A stretch of DNA of 63,917 nt, the filler included, from Octopus bimaculoides (lineage: Eukaryota): NCBI RefSeq assembly GCF_001194135.2. It is 8 parts of 7 records of this genome, joined end to end, with 100 filler letters (N's around TTAATTAATTAA, not from the genome) between each part and the next. Parts side by side here need not be neighbours in the genome. Positions count along the whole stretch, not along the records: positions 1 to 14,073 come from NC_068989.1; 7 more parts are not named here. The stretch is one strand, 5' to 3'. Positions 1 through 12,819 of the stretch are shown here, piece by piece. Below the pieces are notes generated by a model. That model saw nothing but the letters and a program-made list of their open reading frames with translations, was not told the DNA's origin and searched no databases. The position numbers and the translations under genes are program-made. Each line of letters starts with the position of its first letter. Position 1 is the first letter of the stretch.

Positions 1-60
1 AAATCTTTTTTTCACAGATTACTTGTACCTTGTAACAGAACTAAAACGATAAAACGATAA

Positions 61-370
61 ACGTCGCCCTTTCAAAGCCTAGCCAGGCTCATGGGCCCGG
101 TTTCCCGGTCTCTATGGCGTATGTGTTCCCCCCCTCTCCAGCTGGACGGGACGCCAGTCCATCGCAGCGTTACTCAAGAAACAGGAAGAAAGAGTGAGAG
201 AAAGTTGGGGCGAAAGAGTACAACAGGGGTCGCCACCACCCCCTGCCGGAGCCTCGTGGAGCTTTAGGTGTTTTCGCTCAATAAACACTCACAACGCCCG
301 GTCTGGGAATCAAAACCGCGATCCTCCGACCGCGAGTCCGCTGCCCTAACCACTGGGCCATTGCGCCTCC
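61..370 (-). mobile_element. tRNA-derived SINE, family A (head GGAGGCGCAATGGCCCAGTGGTTAGGGCAGCGG)
   Basis: Reverse complement starts with A-box-like TGGCCCAGTGG and B-box-like GGTTTTGATTCCC; head and core nearly identical to the + copy at 8116. Confidence 0.85.
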
Positions 371-1080
371 CTAACAGAACTAAAGCAATGCACATTTCAG
401 ACTATACAAGGATTTTATAATAGTTCTATTATTACATGCGCGTGCATGCGTAAGTACTTGTTTGCTTGCTTGTTTGTGTGTGCACGCTCGAGTGTATGCG
501 TGTGTGTGTGTGTGTGGGTAATATGAAACTGTTGATGAGACATAAGTTGAATTTGACGTCTTTTACATCCTACTTATCTCCAATCATTATGATTGTTTTA
601 GAAGCGTTTTTTTTCTTCTTTTTCCTCTATGTTTATGTTCCATTTTGCATTGGGCGAGACTTGTACTGCCAGATAAATGATAACTGTTTCTGAGACGCAA
701 AACAAAATAATGAATGTTTCTATTACATAATTAGCATTACATAATACAAACACTGTGATAAGCAAACTCTGTTGTCGTTGGATAAATTGATAGAATCGGT
801 AGAAAGATGGATAAAAATTTGCTTATATTCACCTACGTTTCTTTACGTTTTGAATTCAAATCCCATCAATGTTGGATTTTGTCTTTTATTACAACCAGAA
901 TCAATAAAATAAGTAGCAGTCCCGTTATAGGGATCAGTGTAAACGACTATGTTTCATGCCTGGCTTAATAATTAGAGCGCCGAGTAAACAAAATACCACT
1001 TCAGACAGGGGTTGATGTAATTGTGACTAACCCACTTCCCACAAAATTACTGACCTTGTATCTAAATTACAAACACAAGC

Positions 1081-1082
<2 letters not shown>

Positions 1083-1111
<29 letters not shown>

Positions 1112-1112
1112 G

Positions 1113-1165
<53 letters not shown>

Positions 1166-1195
1166 GTCATCATCATCATCATCGTCATCATCATC
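1083..1195. repeat. (TCA)n microsatellite
   Basis: About 37 TCA/TCG units; source of the poly-Ser ORF 1023..1226. Confidence 0.95.
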
Positions 1196-2337
1196 GGCAG
1201 CAACAGCAGCAGCGGCAGGGTCGTGAAAGCGGTGAATTGGTCGAATTGTTAGAACATTGAACAGGATGCCTTGTGGAATTGTTCCGGCTTTTTACGTTCT
1301 GAGTACAAATCCTACTGAGTTTAATTTTGTCAGTCATCATTTCTTTCAGGGTCGTTGATATAAAACCTCAGTCTGGAAATGAGGTTACTAGCATCGGCTA
1401 ATCCCCTCCAACAAATTTGAGGCCTTGTACCTGTGCTTAAAGAAAAGATTTTCAAGTTAGTAGATTGGCATAATTGTCAGGTCATTGGGAAAAACGCTTT
1501 ATGGTATTTGAACCGGCTCTTTACGTTCTGGTTTCAGATCCCATTGAGGTCGGTTCTTCCTTTCATTTCTCCCGGGTCAATAATATAAAGTATCACTGAA
1601 GTATTGGAGTCGATAGCATCGACTAATATCTTCCCACCAAATTTCTGGATCTGTGCCTGTATTAGAAGCATCTATTATTATTGTTCGTTAAACTACTGCT
1701 CTAACGAACAATAATGGTCGAACAGCGATCATTATTATTGTTCGTTAGACTACTGGTCTAAAGAATAATAATGGTCGAACAGCAATGGCCTAAATAAAGA
1801 AATGGAAGAGTACCGTACTAATTAAATCGTCGTATTAAGTTATGTACCTCTATGTTGCTAATTTAAACTCAAAACTCAGTGGGTATCTTTGTCTTGCCTC
1901 CCATTACTCGAGTTGGTAAATTAATTAAACAAAATTGATTCAAGCGATTTGACTCTTCAGTTAAAAACGTGTCACCGTATATTAATATAGGGTAACATTG
2001 CTGTGACAGGGCGTAACTGAAAGAGTACAAAGAGCAGAGAGCAGGACAAATGGCATTCAACGAGCTAGTTACGTTTCATTATATTCTGAGTTCAAGTCCC
2101 ACCGATGGCAATAAAATAAATCTAAATTGTGTACTGATATCGATGTAATAGATGTTCCTTCCCTACCAATAAATGTAGCCTTTTACTGAAACTTTTCTGA
2201 ACTGAATAAAACTTGTATGAACCAGAGCATAAATCTCGGAAGTGCAAGCACACACACACACACACATACACACATACACACACACACACACAGACACACA
2301 CACACACACAGACACACACACACACACACACACACAC

Positions 2338-2523
2338 CAGAAACGTTAGCACGCCGGGCGAAATGCTTAGCGGTATTTCATCTGCCGCTACGTTTTGAGT
2401 TCAAATTCCACCGAGGTCGACTTTGCCTTTCCTCCTTTCGGGGTCGATGTAAACGACTTAATCCGTTTGTCTGTCCTTGTTTGTCCCCTCTGTGTGTAGC
2501 CCCTTGTGGGTAATAAAGAAATA
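2338..2523 (+). mobile_element. tRNA-derived SINE, family B (5'-truncated, long tail variant)
   Basis: AACGTTAGCACGCCGGGCGAAATGCTTAGC...GAGTTCAAATTCC (B box)...GGGGTCGAT...CCCCTTGTGGGTAATAAAGAAATAA; many related copies in the window. Confidence 0.9.
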
Positions 2524-2629
2524 ACACACACACACATACACTACATTCATACAAAGCCCAATCATTCTCTTCTGTGTTTAATAAAGGAAAAATAACACTT
2601 TACTTTTTCTTCCAGATTTGTCAAATGTT

Positions 2630-4171
2630 CAAATACAATAGAAGTCATTTCTTTTAAGCAGCTTTTGCGTATTAAGGGAAACATTTCGAAGTTCTATTTT
2701 TCCACATTACAACTTCCTTAATAAATGAAACCAGCTTATCTGTCGAAATAAGAATGTTTTCATCTCTACCTTTACATACTTGTGTTGACGCTATTATGTT
2801 GTGCAAATATCTCTGTTAAATATTCCAGCTTGAAAACCCCAAACTCACATTATAGATATTCCAAGAAGCGTTCCTGCTTTTCTTCTTTAAAAAATGCATG
2901 CAATTCCTTCTGGAGTTCATGTATGCACTTTGTCTTTTGAGAGCCATCTGACTTTAGTGTGTAAAAGTAAGCGCTTGTGCTCAGAATCCATATCAAATTT
3001 GTTCAAATAAGCGACAATTCAACGGCCTACTTTTAATGTAATTGATCATTTTAACAACTTCGTTTAATACTTGCTTTAACTCAATTGGTATTGTTTTTGA
3101 AACTAGTAGGAACCAATGAGTACGTATAACATTAGGATTTTGCTGTTATACAAGCAAAACAAAACCTTTAATTGAGCCTATCATAGATGGTGCTCCATCG
3201 GTACATATTCCAACATGAATTCCCGAATAAATTCCATTTTTCAAGGTAGGCAGACAAAATACCCAAAATATCTTGACCTCTTGTAGTGAGTGGTATTTCT
3301 TTGCAACAAAAGAACTGATTTATGATTTGGTTACCATCAATAAAGCGAATAAATGTAAGTAATTGTGCTTTGTTGCTAATGTCAGTTGATTCGTCAACCT
3401 GTAGAGCAAATTCTGAGCTCTGAAGTTTATTTTGTACCTGTTTCTCAATATCAGCAGATAAATTCATAATTCTCCTATGGATTGTATTATTTGAGAACGA
3501 AATCTTGCTTATTTCTTGCTCAACTAACATGGTTTTAACCATCTTTCTACAAGCGGGTAAGATGATCGACTCGTGAGTAAGATAATCGACTGAAACTGAG
3601 ACAAGTGATCAGAAAGCTGTAAAAAATAGCAGCATGTCACATATTTCAGATTCTTTTGAGAAGTCTTTCAAAATTAATTGAAAAGATGAAAATTCTTGCC
3701 ACTATATGAATGAGAAAAATTGAAATACAACCGAAATACGTGAGGACGTACTAAATAATTTAGTCCAGCATCGTATATTTTAGTTCAATAGTTTATTTTT
3801 CACATTTACTATTGAAATGAAAACTGCGGAGGCTACGACAGAAATAAACTAAAACAAAGTCGTGTACTGAATATGACCATAAGATGTCAATTTCAAGGAT
3901 AGATTGATGCTAATTTAGTTCTTATCTTTATGAAATTTCAAATTCAAAAGTGAATAACACTGCCATATCGTAGTTAGCCTAAATGAATTGAATGACACAA
4001 TCACCTCTCATTGTTAGTTTAGAACTTAGTATTTAGTGTTTTGTCACTTTGACATTTATATATGAACTTTCTACTGAATTTCGGTTTGTATTTTTCATAT
4101 TTTGAAATTTAATCTTCCGTTTTCGAGTCGCACCTAATTACATCTTGCGGCGCACGGTTTGGGGACCACTG
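2630..4171 (-). mobile_element. Degraded hAT DNA transposon, Buster/Charlie (FAM200/ZBED-like) transposase pseudogene with 5' TIR
   Basis: ORF 3168..3542 has FALQVDESTDISNKAQLL (first catalytic D). After frameshifts: ICTDGAPSMIGS, KGFV, LNEVVKMINYIKSRPLN, LLLHTKVRWLS. Minus strand begins CAGTGGTCCCCAAACC at 4171, a typical Charlie-type TIR. The other TIR was not found. Confidence 0.85.
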
Positions 4172-6714
4172 CACCGGTACTATAATGATCTCCTGTTCTT
4201 CGAAGCCGGCGAAGTTTTTAATGCCACTTCTTACTCAGACATTCACCACTCATCCTTTCATTTCACTGTTCTACTCAAATCCCTACGCCAAGTCTTACTC
4301 TCCAGAACACCGGCCCGAAGGAATTCTATCCTTGCTCATGTCTCTACTGTTCGTGTTCACTCACAAAGGATCAGGAGGAACATTAATGACATAAATCTCG
4401 CAATGTTTTCTAGGGACTACAATAACCATGGATACTGTCCCTTCATTTGGATCTTGTAAGTCAAAAAGCACACTACAGTATCTTCACGCGAACATAGTGG
4501 TGATACGAAACAAGTGTTGGAGTGAGACAGCCGAATGGAATAAATTATTTTACCGTGAGGTGTATTAATTTCGTCAACAATCGGAAATTGATCAACCTGG
4601 AAATGTTACCAGATCAATAATTTGAATAACATCCCAAAACCAGTGTTAAACTTGAACTGCCAGAGGTGCCTCGGGGCTTAGAAAACGATTCCTTTTTGCA
4701 ATAAAGATAATAAAATTCTTTCAAACGAAATGTTTATAGGTTAACCGTAGCTGAGAAAATCAATGATTAAAGGTGTTCCAGCCATGGCTACCTTGTTTAT
4801 CTCTCAAGCATTGCGTACTAGAACTAAATTATCTTTTTCAAGATAGTAAAGTGTAATTTTCAAGAGAATTATTTGCTATTCTTAGCGCTTCAAATGACCA
4901 GGTAGAGACTCACTTTTGACTTTTTCATACCAGAATTGTTGTTCAGCTTAACTAAGAATTGAACAGATCTATAATTAACAGTGCTCCATGCGTAGGCTGA
5001 TATTTGAGTGATATTTGGCAGCTATAACTAGGCTGATATTTGTGGGTTATTTGGCAGCAATAACTAGCAAAACGGCCTGCGAGACTTTCTGAATAGCACG
5101 CCTAACGAATAATTACCTTGAATGTTTTTAGTAGTGCTGCTCGCCTGATGACAATCCACCTCTCATACGGCCCACTTCTCTAAAAGGTTGCCCATGCCTG
5201 ACGTGAAGACTACCATGTACTAGAGACGAAAATGATATAGCGGCCGATAAATAGCCATGCATTATTTAGTCACATCTCTCTATGTTCAGAGTTTAGATAT
5301 CGTCCGATTCAACTCTGCTTTTAATTGTTCTAAGCGAGTAGCGCGTCGACAAAACAAATATCAAGCACTTGGGTTGAATTACTCGCCAATACACTTTCTA
5401 TAACTTTGTGCCTCTGCACCAATATAAGAAATTGTTGTAAAAGATGAGGTTTAGGTGATGTTTAATGGTATATGTCGTAAAAGTGCCGGACTAAAATACT
5501 TTGCAGTATTCAGTTACGTTTATCACTTTTGATGTAAATTATCATCAAGCCGGGGGTAAAGCAAAGTTCCTCGCTTGAAGCCATTTTACTTCCTTAAAAT
5601 ACTGATGACGTAGATAAGAAGGCATGAGCGTCACACAATTCCATTCCAATTTCTCTTTAAAAGAATATTTTAACTATTTAATATCAAATATTGTGAATAT
5701 AAATTTGAAACTGAGGACAAAAGAATAAAAATGAAATATATTGATTGAACCATATTGACTGAACCATTTGAAAATTCATTGTCTTAGTCTAGGATACGAC
5801 ATTGCACGAGACACATTTACAACTGTCAACACGTCAACATGAAATCCGAGATCTAAACAAAAAGAATTTTGCCTTTATCTTTAAATATTTACGTATCTTA
5901 CTTTGACCATTTAACACCTCTTACGTTGTAATGTCTTCGTTTTCTGCTATTGAATAAACGCATCACTTTTACTCCTTAAAGTTCCTAATGAAAGTTAAAT
6001 GCAAGACCGCAAGGAGAATTAACTGTTGCTGCAACCAAAAATGTGCTACAGTTAAATGCAAAACAAAAAGCAGTTTTTGGTAATGTGACAGTGCTATTAG
6101 TGGTTTCTAATGTAGCTACATTGATTGCCTCGAAATTACTCATGAGGACGAAACTTGGGATTTTTCAAGGTGTTTAAGCTGAGAGTGCAAGACACCTCAC
6201 TGAAGAGGATGCCTGTCTGTTGCAGGGTAAACCCACTGCTCCATTGCTAATGCTCCTTCTAAGCTGTGCAACTGTGTGCGCACACGTTTTACAATTAGCA
6301 CAAAAGGGGGATAATCGGGCACACGCAAGGCTTTTACGACGAAACTGAATATTTTATATCGAAGCTGGATACTCACATAAATGGGTATTTACTTTGTAAT
6401 GAAATATAAAATTCGCACGCATGCAAATTTCTAAGCATATCCACAGCAAAAAACATTAGAAGGAATATTGGTCACGTTTACTAATTTGCAGCTGCATATA
6501 CTAGAGCAACGCGAACTGAAATATTTATTTTATCGATTCCAGAAGGATGAAAAGCAAAGAAATCTCGGTGGGATTTCATTTAAGAATGTTAAGAGATGCA
6601 ACCAAATACCACAGAACATTTTGTCTAACATCCCCGTTAAACATTCACTGTCTTAATAACAATACTAATGTTTTTTTTTTTTTCTCTTCTTTTCTATATT
6701 TTCTTTCTAAACAG

Positions 6715-6814
6715 AAAATTTGAAGCCCAGAGTGTGTGGGAACTACAGATCATAGTGTCTGGTGTCTGCTACATAATACGTTCGGTCGTTGCTTCTCTGA
6801 ACAGAATTATGTAA
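6715..6814 (+). other. Candidate terminal exon of an unseen plus-strand gene
   Basis: Long polypyrimidine tract ending AAACAG at 6714; reads (E)NLKPRVCGNYRS* or (R)KFEAQSVWELQIIVSGVCYIIRSVVASLNRIM*, with AATAAA right after. No homology recognised. Confidence 0.25.
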
Positions 6815-8115
6815 TAAAAACGACAAAATAGACTGAAGCCGGCAGACACGTGACTGTTTGTCACTATTTCTCTATATAGGTTACATGCATTGTAGAAGGA
6901 CTGTGTCGAGATGGAAGTAATAACAAGGCACAGACATATTGTTTTACATTCCCCTACTTATAAGCATTATCTCTGAAAAAAAAAAATAGTTAAAAATAAA
7001 ATATAAAAAACGTTGATTTGATTTATGTTGTTTTGACAATTCTATTGTTCAGCGTCATCTCATGCGCATGTTATAATATTCGTATGACATGTTAAAACGA
7101 AATGACAATCATTTCTAATATTGTTACAAGGCCACACATTTGGAGAATTAAAGGAGGAGGAGGAGGAGGAGGAAGAGTGGTGGGAAGATTTACTTCGATG
7201 ATGAAAAAATGACTGACATTTGTAAGCTAATAAAATCATTTTGAGTATGGTTCGTTTGAAACTTATTGAATCGGCTGTTACTGTTACCTAGTGTAAACAA
7301 GCAGAACACTGAATAAGAAAAGTCGCTAAAAATATATTCTGTATATTGTAGATGGGAAGTCGGTTTCTGTTCCAAGAGAGTCACTAGAATGCTATACAGA
7401 TAAACTACACTGACAATCAAAAGGCCGATGGTTAACAACGAGCTCTCCCATGTTTTGTGGTCAGGTCACAGCTTTCTCAATAAACTTGGCGATCTGGATC
7501 GATTGATATATTGCATTTTTGTAAACTGCAAACATACTTGAAGACGGTCTTGATCAGTTCAAATATGTGAGACATTTAAGCTGATGATATACGATATAAT
7601 TGTCATGTTTAAATACACTCACTAGCATGTGATGGTCTAGCATACTAACGGTAAAAAAAAAGGACAATAAAGCATGAAATTAAAATGTATCCTGTTTGCG
7701 ACAGTGGTTAAATTGCTAGCTATCAATTGGTAACAATTTTTATAGTGAGAAATAATAGGCACGTTATAAAACTATTTCAGAGAGCATGAATCAGACACTG
7801 TAAGTTTGATGGAAGTTTAAAATAACTCGAAACCACAATAGCTTCATTTTTCATCAAGTATGTATGTACTTACAAGTAGTAGTAAACTGTGTCATTTGGG
7901 AGTGGATTCTCCGTCGATTTCGATGGAGAGCATTCTATTGTTGAACCGAGTGAATTTTTTGTAAGTAGCTGAGTCTTTCCCAAATAGGCGAAACATTAAC
8001 GCAATTCTAAACTAAATCAGTAACAAGGCTGAGCCTTTGAATTACAAGTATAATCGAGAAATAAATAGGTATATGATGGAAAACGAAGATTTACTGTTAC
8101 TATATGTAATTTAGT

Positions 8116-8400
8116 GGAGGCGCAATGGCCCAGTGGTTAGGGCAGCGGACTCGCGGTCATAGGATCGCGGTTTCGATTCCCAGACCAGGCGTTGTGAGTG
8201 TTTATTGAGCGAAAACACCTAAAGCTCCACGAGGCTCCGGCAGGGGATGGTGGCGAACCCTGCTGTATTCTTCCACCACAACTTTCCCTCACTCTTACTT
8301 CTTGTTTCTGTTGTGCCTGTAATTCAAAGGGTCAGCCTTGTCACACTGTGTCACGCTGAATATCCCCGAGAACTACGTTAAGGGTACACGTGTTTGTGGA
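8116..8400 (+). mobile_element. tRNA-derived SINE, family A head with alternative 3' module
   Basis: Same head as 61-370; A box TGGCCCAGTGG, B box GGTTTCGATTCCC; tail GTAATTCAAAGGG...GTTAAGGGTACACGTGT from 8319. Confidence 0.85.
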
Positions 8401-9214
8401 CCTGAGTCATTATTAGATGGTCACACCACGCTACACCTTGACCAGACTCATAGAAAACAGATTCTATAATTGGAAATTTATATTATAGTTCTGTTCTGAT
8501 ATTGAAACCATTTACGAAATAGGATCAATAAAATAAATACGAGGCTGAAATAAGTGTTGGAACCCATATGAACTAATAAAATGACTGAAATCAGTAAAAG
8601 AACATGAAAAAATAGAATACCGCTATCTAGAATTAGCTTACATAATTTTAATTAAAACTCTGTTAAAAAAAAATAAACACTGTTTTTCTCTAAAGAGGGT
8701 TTGATTTAAATTTATTAGAAAATTTAGTAAAATTCAAGGAAAATATAAAACGAAATAAATATTTAATACACAACAAAATAATATTTCTGATTTCTGTAGT
8801 CTTTCAAAGTTTATACACAATCAACAAATTTATAATAATATATTAGATATAACACTTGGAAACAATAAATAATACTTTTCTGATAAATGGATTTCTTTCA
8901 CAAACCACAAAGATCAACAAATTTCTAGAATAAGGGAATGAAATTGTTTGGTGTTTAGGTCATTCACTGAAACATTAGTAACACATGTTAATGTGTTAGT
9001 TTCAATGCGAAATTGGAACTAGTGTTTGATGTCGGAAGATCACAACCAATGTACTCCTGGCGATACAGTGCTTCACTTGAAAAGTTCAGTTGTCAATAAG
9101 AACGAATTGATGCAATTCCAGACAAAATACCCTACATGTACTAAATACAGTATCGTCTTTGTACTTCCGAGTTTCAATGGAGTTCAGGTCGGCCTCAGTA
9201 TTTAACAACCCTAA

Positions 9215-9430
9215 GGTGGTGAGCTGGCAGAATCGTTACCACACCGGACAAAATGTTTAGCGGCAATTCGTCCGTATTTACTTTCTGAGTTCAAGTTTTT
9301 CCGATGTCGACTTTGCTTTTTATCATTTCGGGGTCGATAAAATAAAGTACCAGTTGTGTACTAGGGTCGATGTAGTCAACTTACTCCTCCTTAAAATTTC
9401 TGGCCTTATGCCAAAATTTGAAATCAATAT
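9215..9430 (+). mobile_element. SINE family B copy
   Basis: GGTGAGCTGGCAGAATCGTTA head, GAGTTCAAG B-box variant, tail GCCAAAATTTGAAATC. Confidence 0.8.
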
Positions 9431-9553
9431 TTAATAACTCTAGACCTAACGAAATAAGTAAGATTTAAAAAAGTATATAACTGCCAGCAGTATAGTGGAA
9501 TCGCTTCTCTTAGCTATACACATCCATTAAAATACATTAGATATATTACTGCT

Positions 9554-9593
<40 letters not shown>

Positions 9594-10199
9594 AATAATT
9601 TCACCAGTGCAAAAGTACATTATTTACAATAATATTGTTGCCAAAATTGAAGCTTTTTTCTCTGCCTATTTCAAAGTTTCAGATAGCCGAGTCGTTACAG
9701 AGTTGTGTTATCAAATGAAAGGGGTGATGATTGGATTCAGTCATTTTTGCTGTGAAATATCAGAAAAAAAACTCAATATAATTTGCAGTAAATACCATCT
9801 ACAGTAGTAACATTTACTACTGTAGATAGTAAATGTTATCGCTGTAGGTGACATAATCATCGTACAACTGACGACAGATGTGTTAGCTTGAATTACAGAG
9901 AGTTCAATTCCGTTCGTGAATGTCGCTTGGCGAGAGAAAAATTCACCAATCTGATTTGAAAAGGAACTGTACTCTAATCCGACTCGCATCCAGACAAATC
10001 CTTGTAAAATTTAAGACAAAGGGTTCATACTTCTCTCTGTAAGTTTCTGCACTTTTCAATACAGCTACGGAAAAAAATCAAACTCCATTTGAAATCAAGA
10101 AAATAACGCAGTTTTCATATTGTTAGTCTAGTTTACTGATTGTCTGTGTTGTCATTATTCATATTAACAATGGTTTCAAGTTTTCGTATAAGGTCAGTA

Positions 10200-10585
10200 A
10201 TCTTAGACGCAGGTGCCAAGTCGATCACATCGACTTCTGTGCTCAACCGGTATTTATTTTACTGACCACGAAAGGATGATAGGCAAAGTCGACCTCACGG
10301 AATTTGAACTTAGAGCTTGAAGAGCTAGAAGAAACGCTGCTAAGCATTCTACTCGCTCGCCAAATCATATTGGTTTTAGATTTTGGCCCAAGGCCAGTAA
10401 TTTCGAGGGGGTGGGTATGCTGGTTACATTGACGTCAGTACTCAAATAGTACTAAATTTATCGACCCCGAAAGGATGAAAATCAGATTCGACCCCAGTGG
10501 CACTTGAACTCAGAACGTGAAGACGGACGAAATGCCGCTAAGCGTTTTACCTGTCAAGCTAGCGATTCTGCCAGCTCACCATTCT
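10200..10585 (-). mobile_element. Two tandem SINE family B copies
   Basis: Reverse complements of family B core (ATCGACCCCGAAAGGATGAAA, TTGAACTCAGAACGT, TTCTGCCAGCTCACC). Confidence 0.75.
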
Positions 10586-11598
10586 CGAAACATATTCGTA
10601 ATAACAATAAAAATAATTAGTTGTGACTAACATCTCAGCGGGTGAGAGCGGACATTTCATTAGTTTAAAAAAAAAATTCTTTTCTCTAACTCAAACCGGT
10701 AAACTTTCTTTTATCTCAGAGTTTAACAACTTAAGTTTGATTAAGTGTTTCTTTTGAATATTCACAAGTGGGCTCAGTTTCTAGAAAAGGAAACATATCG
10801 CAAATAACATTATGCCATTTGCGAAAGAAGTAAAATTTAAATGGTTCCTTCAAAAATCATAAAAACTCGGCTCAAGGCGTGAGCCAAGTTTTTACTTCAA
10901 ACTCCATGGCACACGACAAAAAATATTTTTGAGGTTATAATCTAAGCACAGAGATTTTATTTTTTAGTATAAAAGATGTTATAGGGCCGCTATAAATAAC
11001 ATATGTTTAAAAGATAAAACATTTCAAGCAGTAGAAAACTGAGTTAAGAATGTTAGACAACGATATTTTTTTGTATCATAAATGTGTGGTAATAGTTAGA
11101 CATGGTGTAACTGGAAAGATGTTACAATGGTTGTGTGATAGTCTGGCAGCCCTTATGTGGAGAAAAAATGTCCAGTAAATTCACTCTTTGGTCACACAAG
11201 TCCATGTTAAATGCACACTATATATACATTTAGCTGTATATATGTGTGTGTATATGTGTGTCTTGGGTGAGTGTCAGAATACTCAGACACACACACACAT
11301 ATACACATTTTGAAAACTTTCTGTCATAATTTACGTTCAAAAGCAGGAAGATTTTTAACTCCACGGTTGTGAATGGGGAGAATTATTACTCTATTCTATG
11401 TATAAGTCGTTAGTTACTTATACATACATACATACATACATATATTTATACATACATACGTATATATATATANNNNNNNNNNNNNNNNNNNNNNNNNNNN
11501 NNNNNNNNNNNNNNNNNNNNNNNNNNNNNNNNNNNNNNNNNNNNNNNNNNNNNNNNNNNNNNNNNNNNNNNNNNNNNNNNNNNNNNNNNNNNNNNNNN

Positions 11599-11639
<41 letters not shown>

Positions 11640-11644
11640 ATATA

Positions 11645-11805
11645 TTAACCGCGAGGCTCGGGAACGATTTCGTCTTGGTTGTATGAGTTTTCATCCACAG
11701 GTGGAGACGCCCACTGTGTGTCGTTTTCTACGTAAACTCCGGAATTCCTGTGCTCACCAGAATTTTCGATAACTGTGGGTGGTGTCAGCTCAGTCGGCGG
11801 CAAAC
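11645..11805 (-). CDS. Terminal coding exon of minus-strand host gene: (R)LPPTELTPPTVIENSGEHRNSGVYVENDTQWASPPVDENSYNQDEIVPEPRG*
   Basis: Acceptor TTTCATATTTCTAG at 11806; phase 1 matches the upstream exon; 53 open codons ending in TAA at 11645-11647. Confidence 0.75.
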
Positions 11806-12325
11806 CTAGAAATATGAAACGATTTAATAAATTACTAATTCATTAAGAAAATCACAAAATATTTTTAAGTGGAACTTTATAGTGAAAACGAAATTATATT
11901 GGGTGATTTCTTTTCTTGATTTGATGCTTTGTGAGAAGAGTAAAGGGTTGCCTCGATGTCCCCCTCCAGGGTCTCGGAAATTGGTAGCCTAAAAGAAGGG
12001 GACGTTATCCTCAGCTTGGAAACTTGTGTATGAGTGTATGCGTACGTACACACTCGTACGCACACACACACATACATTCGATATTCGATGACTTTTGACA
12101 ATAAATATTGTTGTTTCCGATTTAGGCATAAAACCAGCAGTTTTGTGAGGATAGGATTATTCGATAACATCGATCCTCTTTAACTGTCCACGGTGAGGGT
12201 GTATAAACATGCTATATGCGTTTATTTAATAAATTTATATGTGCATCGACGGCTAAAATCATTATATATACCCCTTGTAAAATTTCGTGTTTTTACATGT
12301 GTGTACGTATGTATATGTGCACACA

Positions 12326-12410
<85 letters not shown>

Positions 12411-12481
12411 GGAAAAATCTCAAAATAGATCTGTGCGGAATTAAGTCCGATTAAAAGTAATACATCAGATTATTGACTTAC

Positions 12482-12633
12482 GTTCCAGCGTCTCTTGAAG
12501 AATTCGGAAAGATCTTGATTGTAGATTCGGATTAACCATACACTGAAAACAATCTAAGTCTTGATCAGAGGAATAAGACTTAGGTCGAGCCTTAGTCTTT
12601 GGTGCTGGTTTTGGTGGAACTTTACTGAAATCC
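12482..12633 (-). CDS. Internal exon with PDLIM/Zasp-type motif: DFSKVPPKPAPKTKARPKSYSSDQDLDCFQCMVNPNLQSRSFRILQETLE
   Basis: Acceptor TTTCTTTTCTTTTTTTTTATTTGTAG, donor GTAAGT, 152 nt, phase 2 to 1, fully open. QSRSFRILQ..LE resembles the conserved segment of the Zasp/ALP/Enigma (DUF4749) region. Family assignment rests on this short motif only. Confidence 0.8.
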
Positions 12634-12819
12634 CTACAAATAAAAAAAAAGAAAAGAAACGTTAAGTTAACTCATATTAGTAAAATTAATATGGTTTTAA
12701 ATTATAAACAAAATGGAATATAAATAAAATATGTCTGAATCCCTAAAAAGTTTCAAAATAGTTGTTTTTAGGAGCTTGTTTGGAGCGTAAAATAGCAACC
12801 CGTCTTTGAATTCACTTAC

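Noticed and set aside
5985-6345. Cys-rich stretch (CKTARRINCCCNQKCATVKCK; CANCKTC on minus) as LIM or CXC domain
   Set aside because: Stops in all frames, spacing does not fit LIM, no splice sites; at most an unidentifiable transposon remnant.
8116-8190. True tRNA genes at SINE heads and at 17681
   Set aside because: Acceptor stems do not pair and each continues into repeat bodies.
9848-10040. Plus-strand AG/GTAAGT-bounded segment
   Set aside because: Stops in all frames; could only be non-coding and has no partner.
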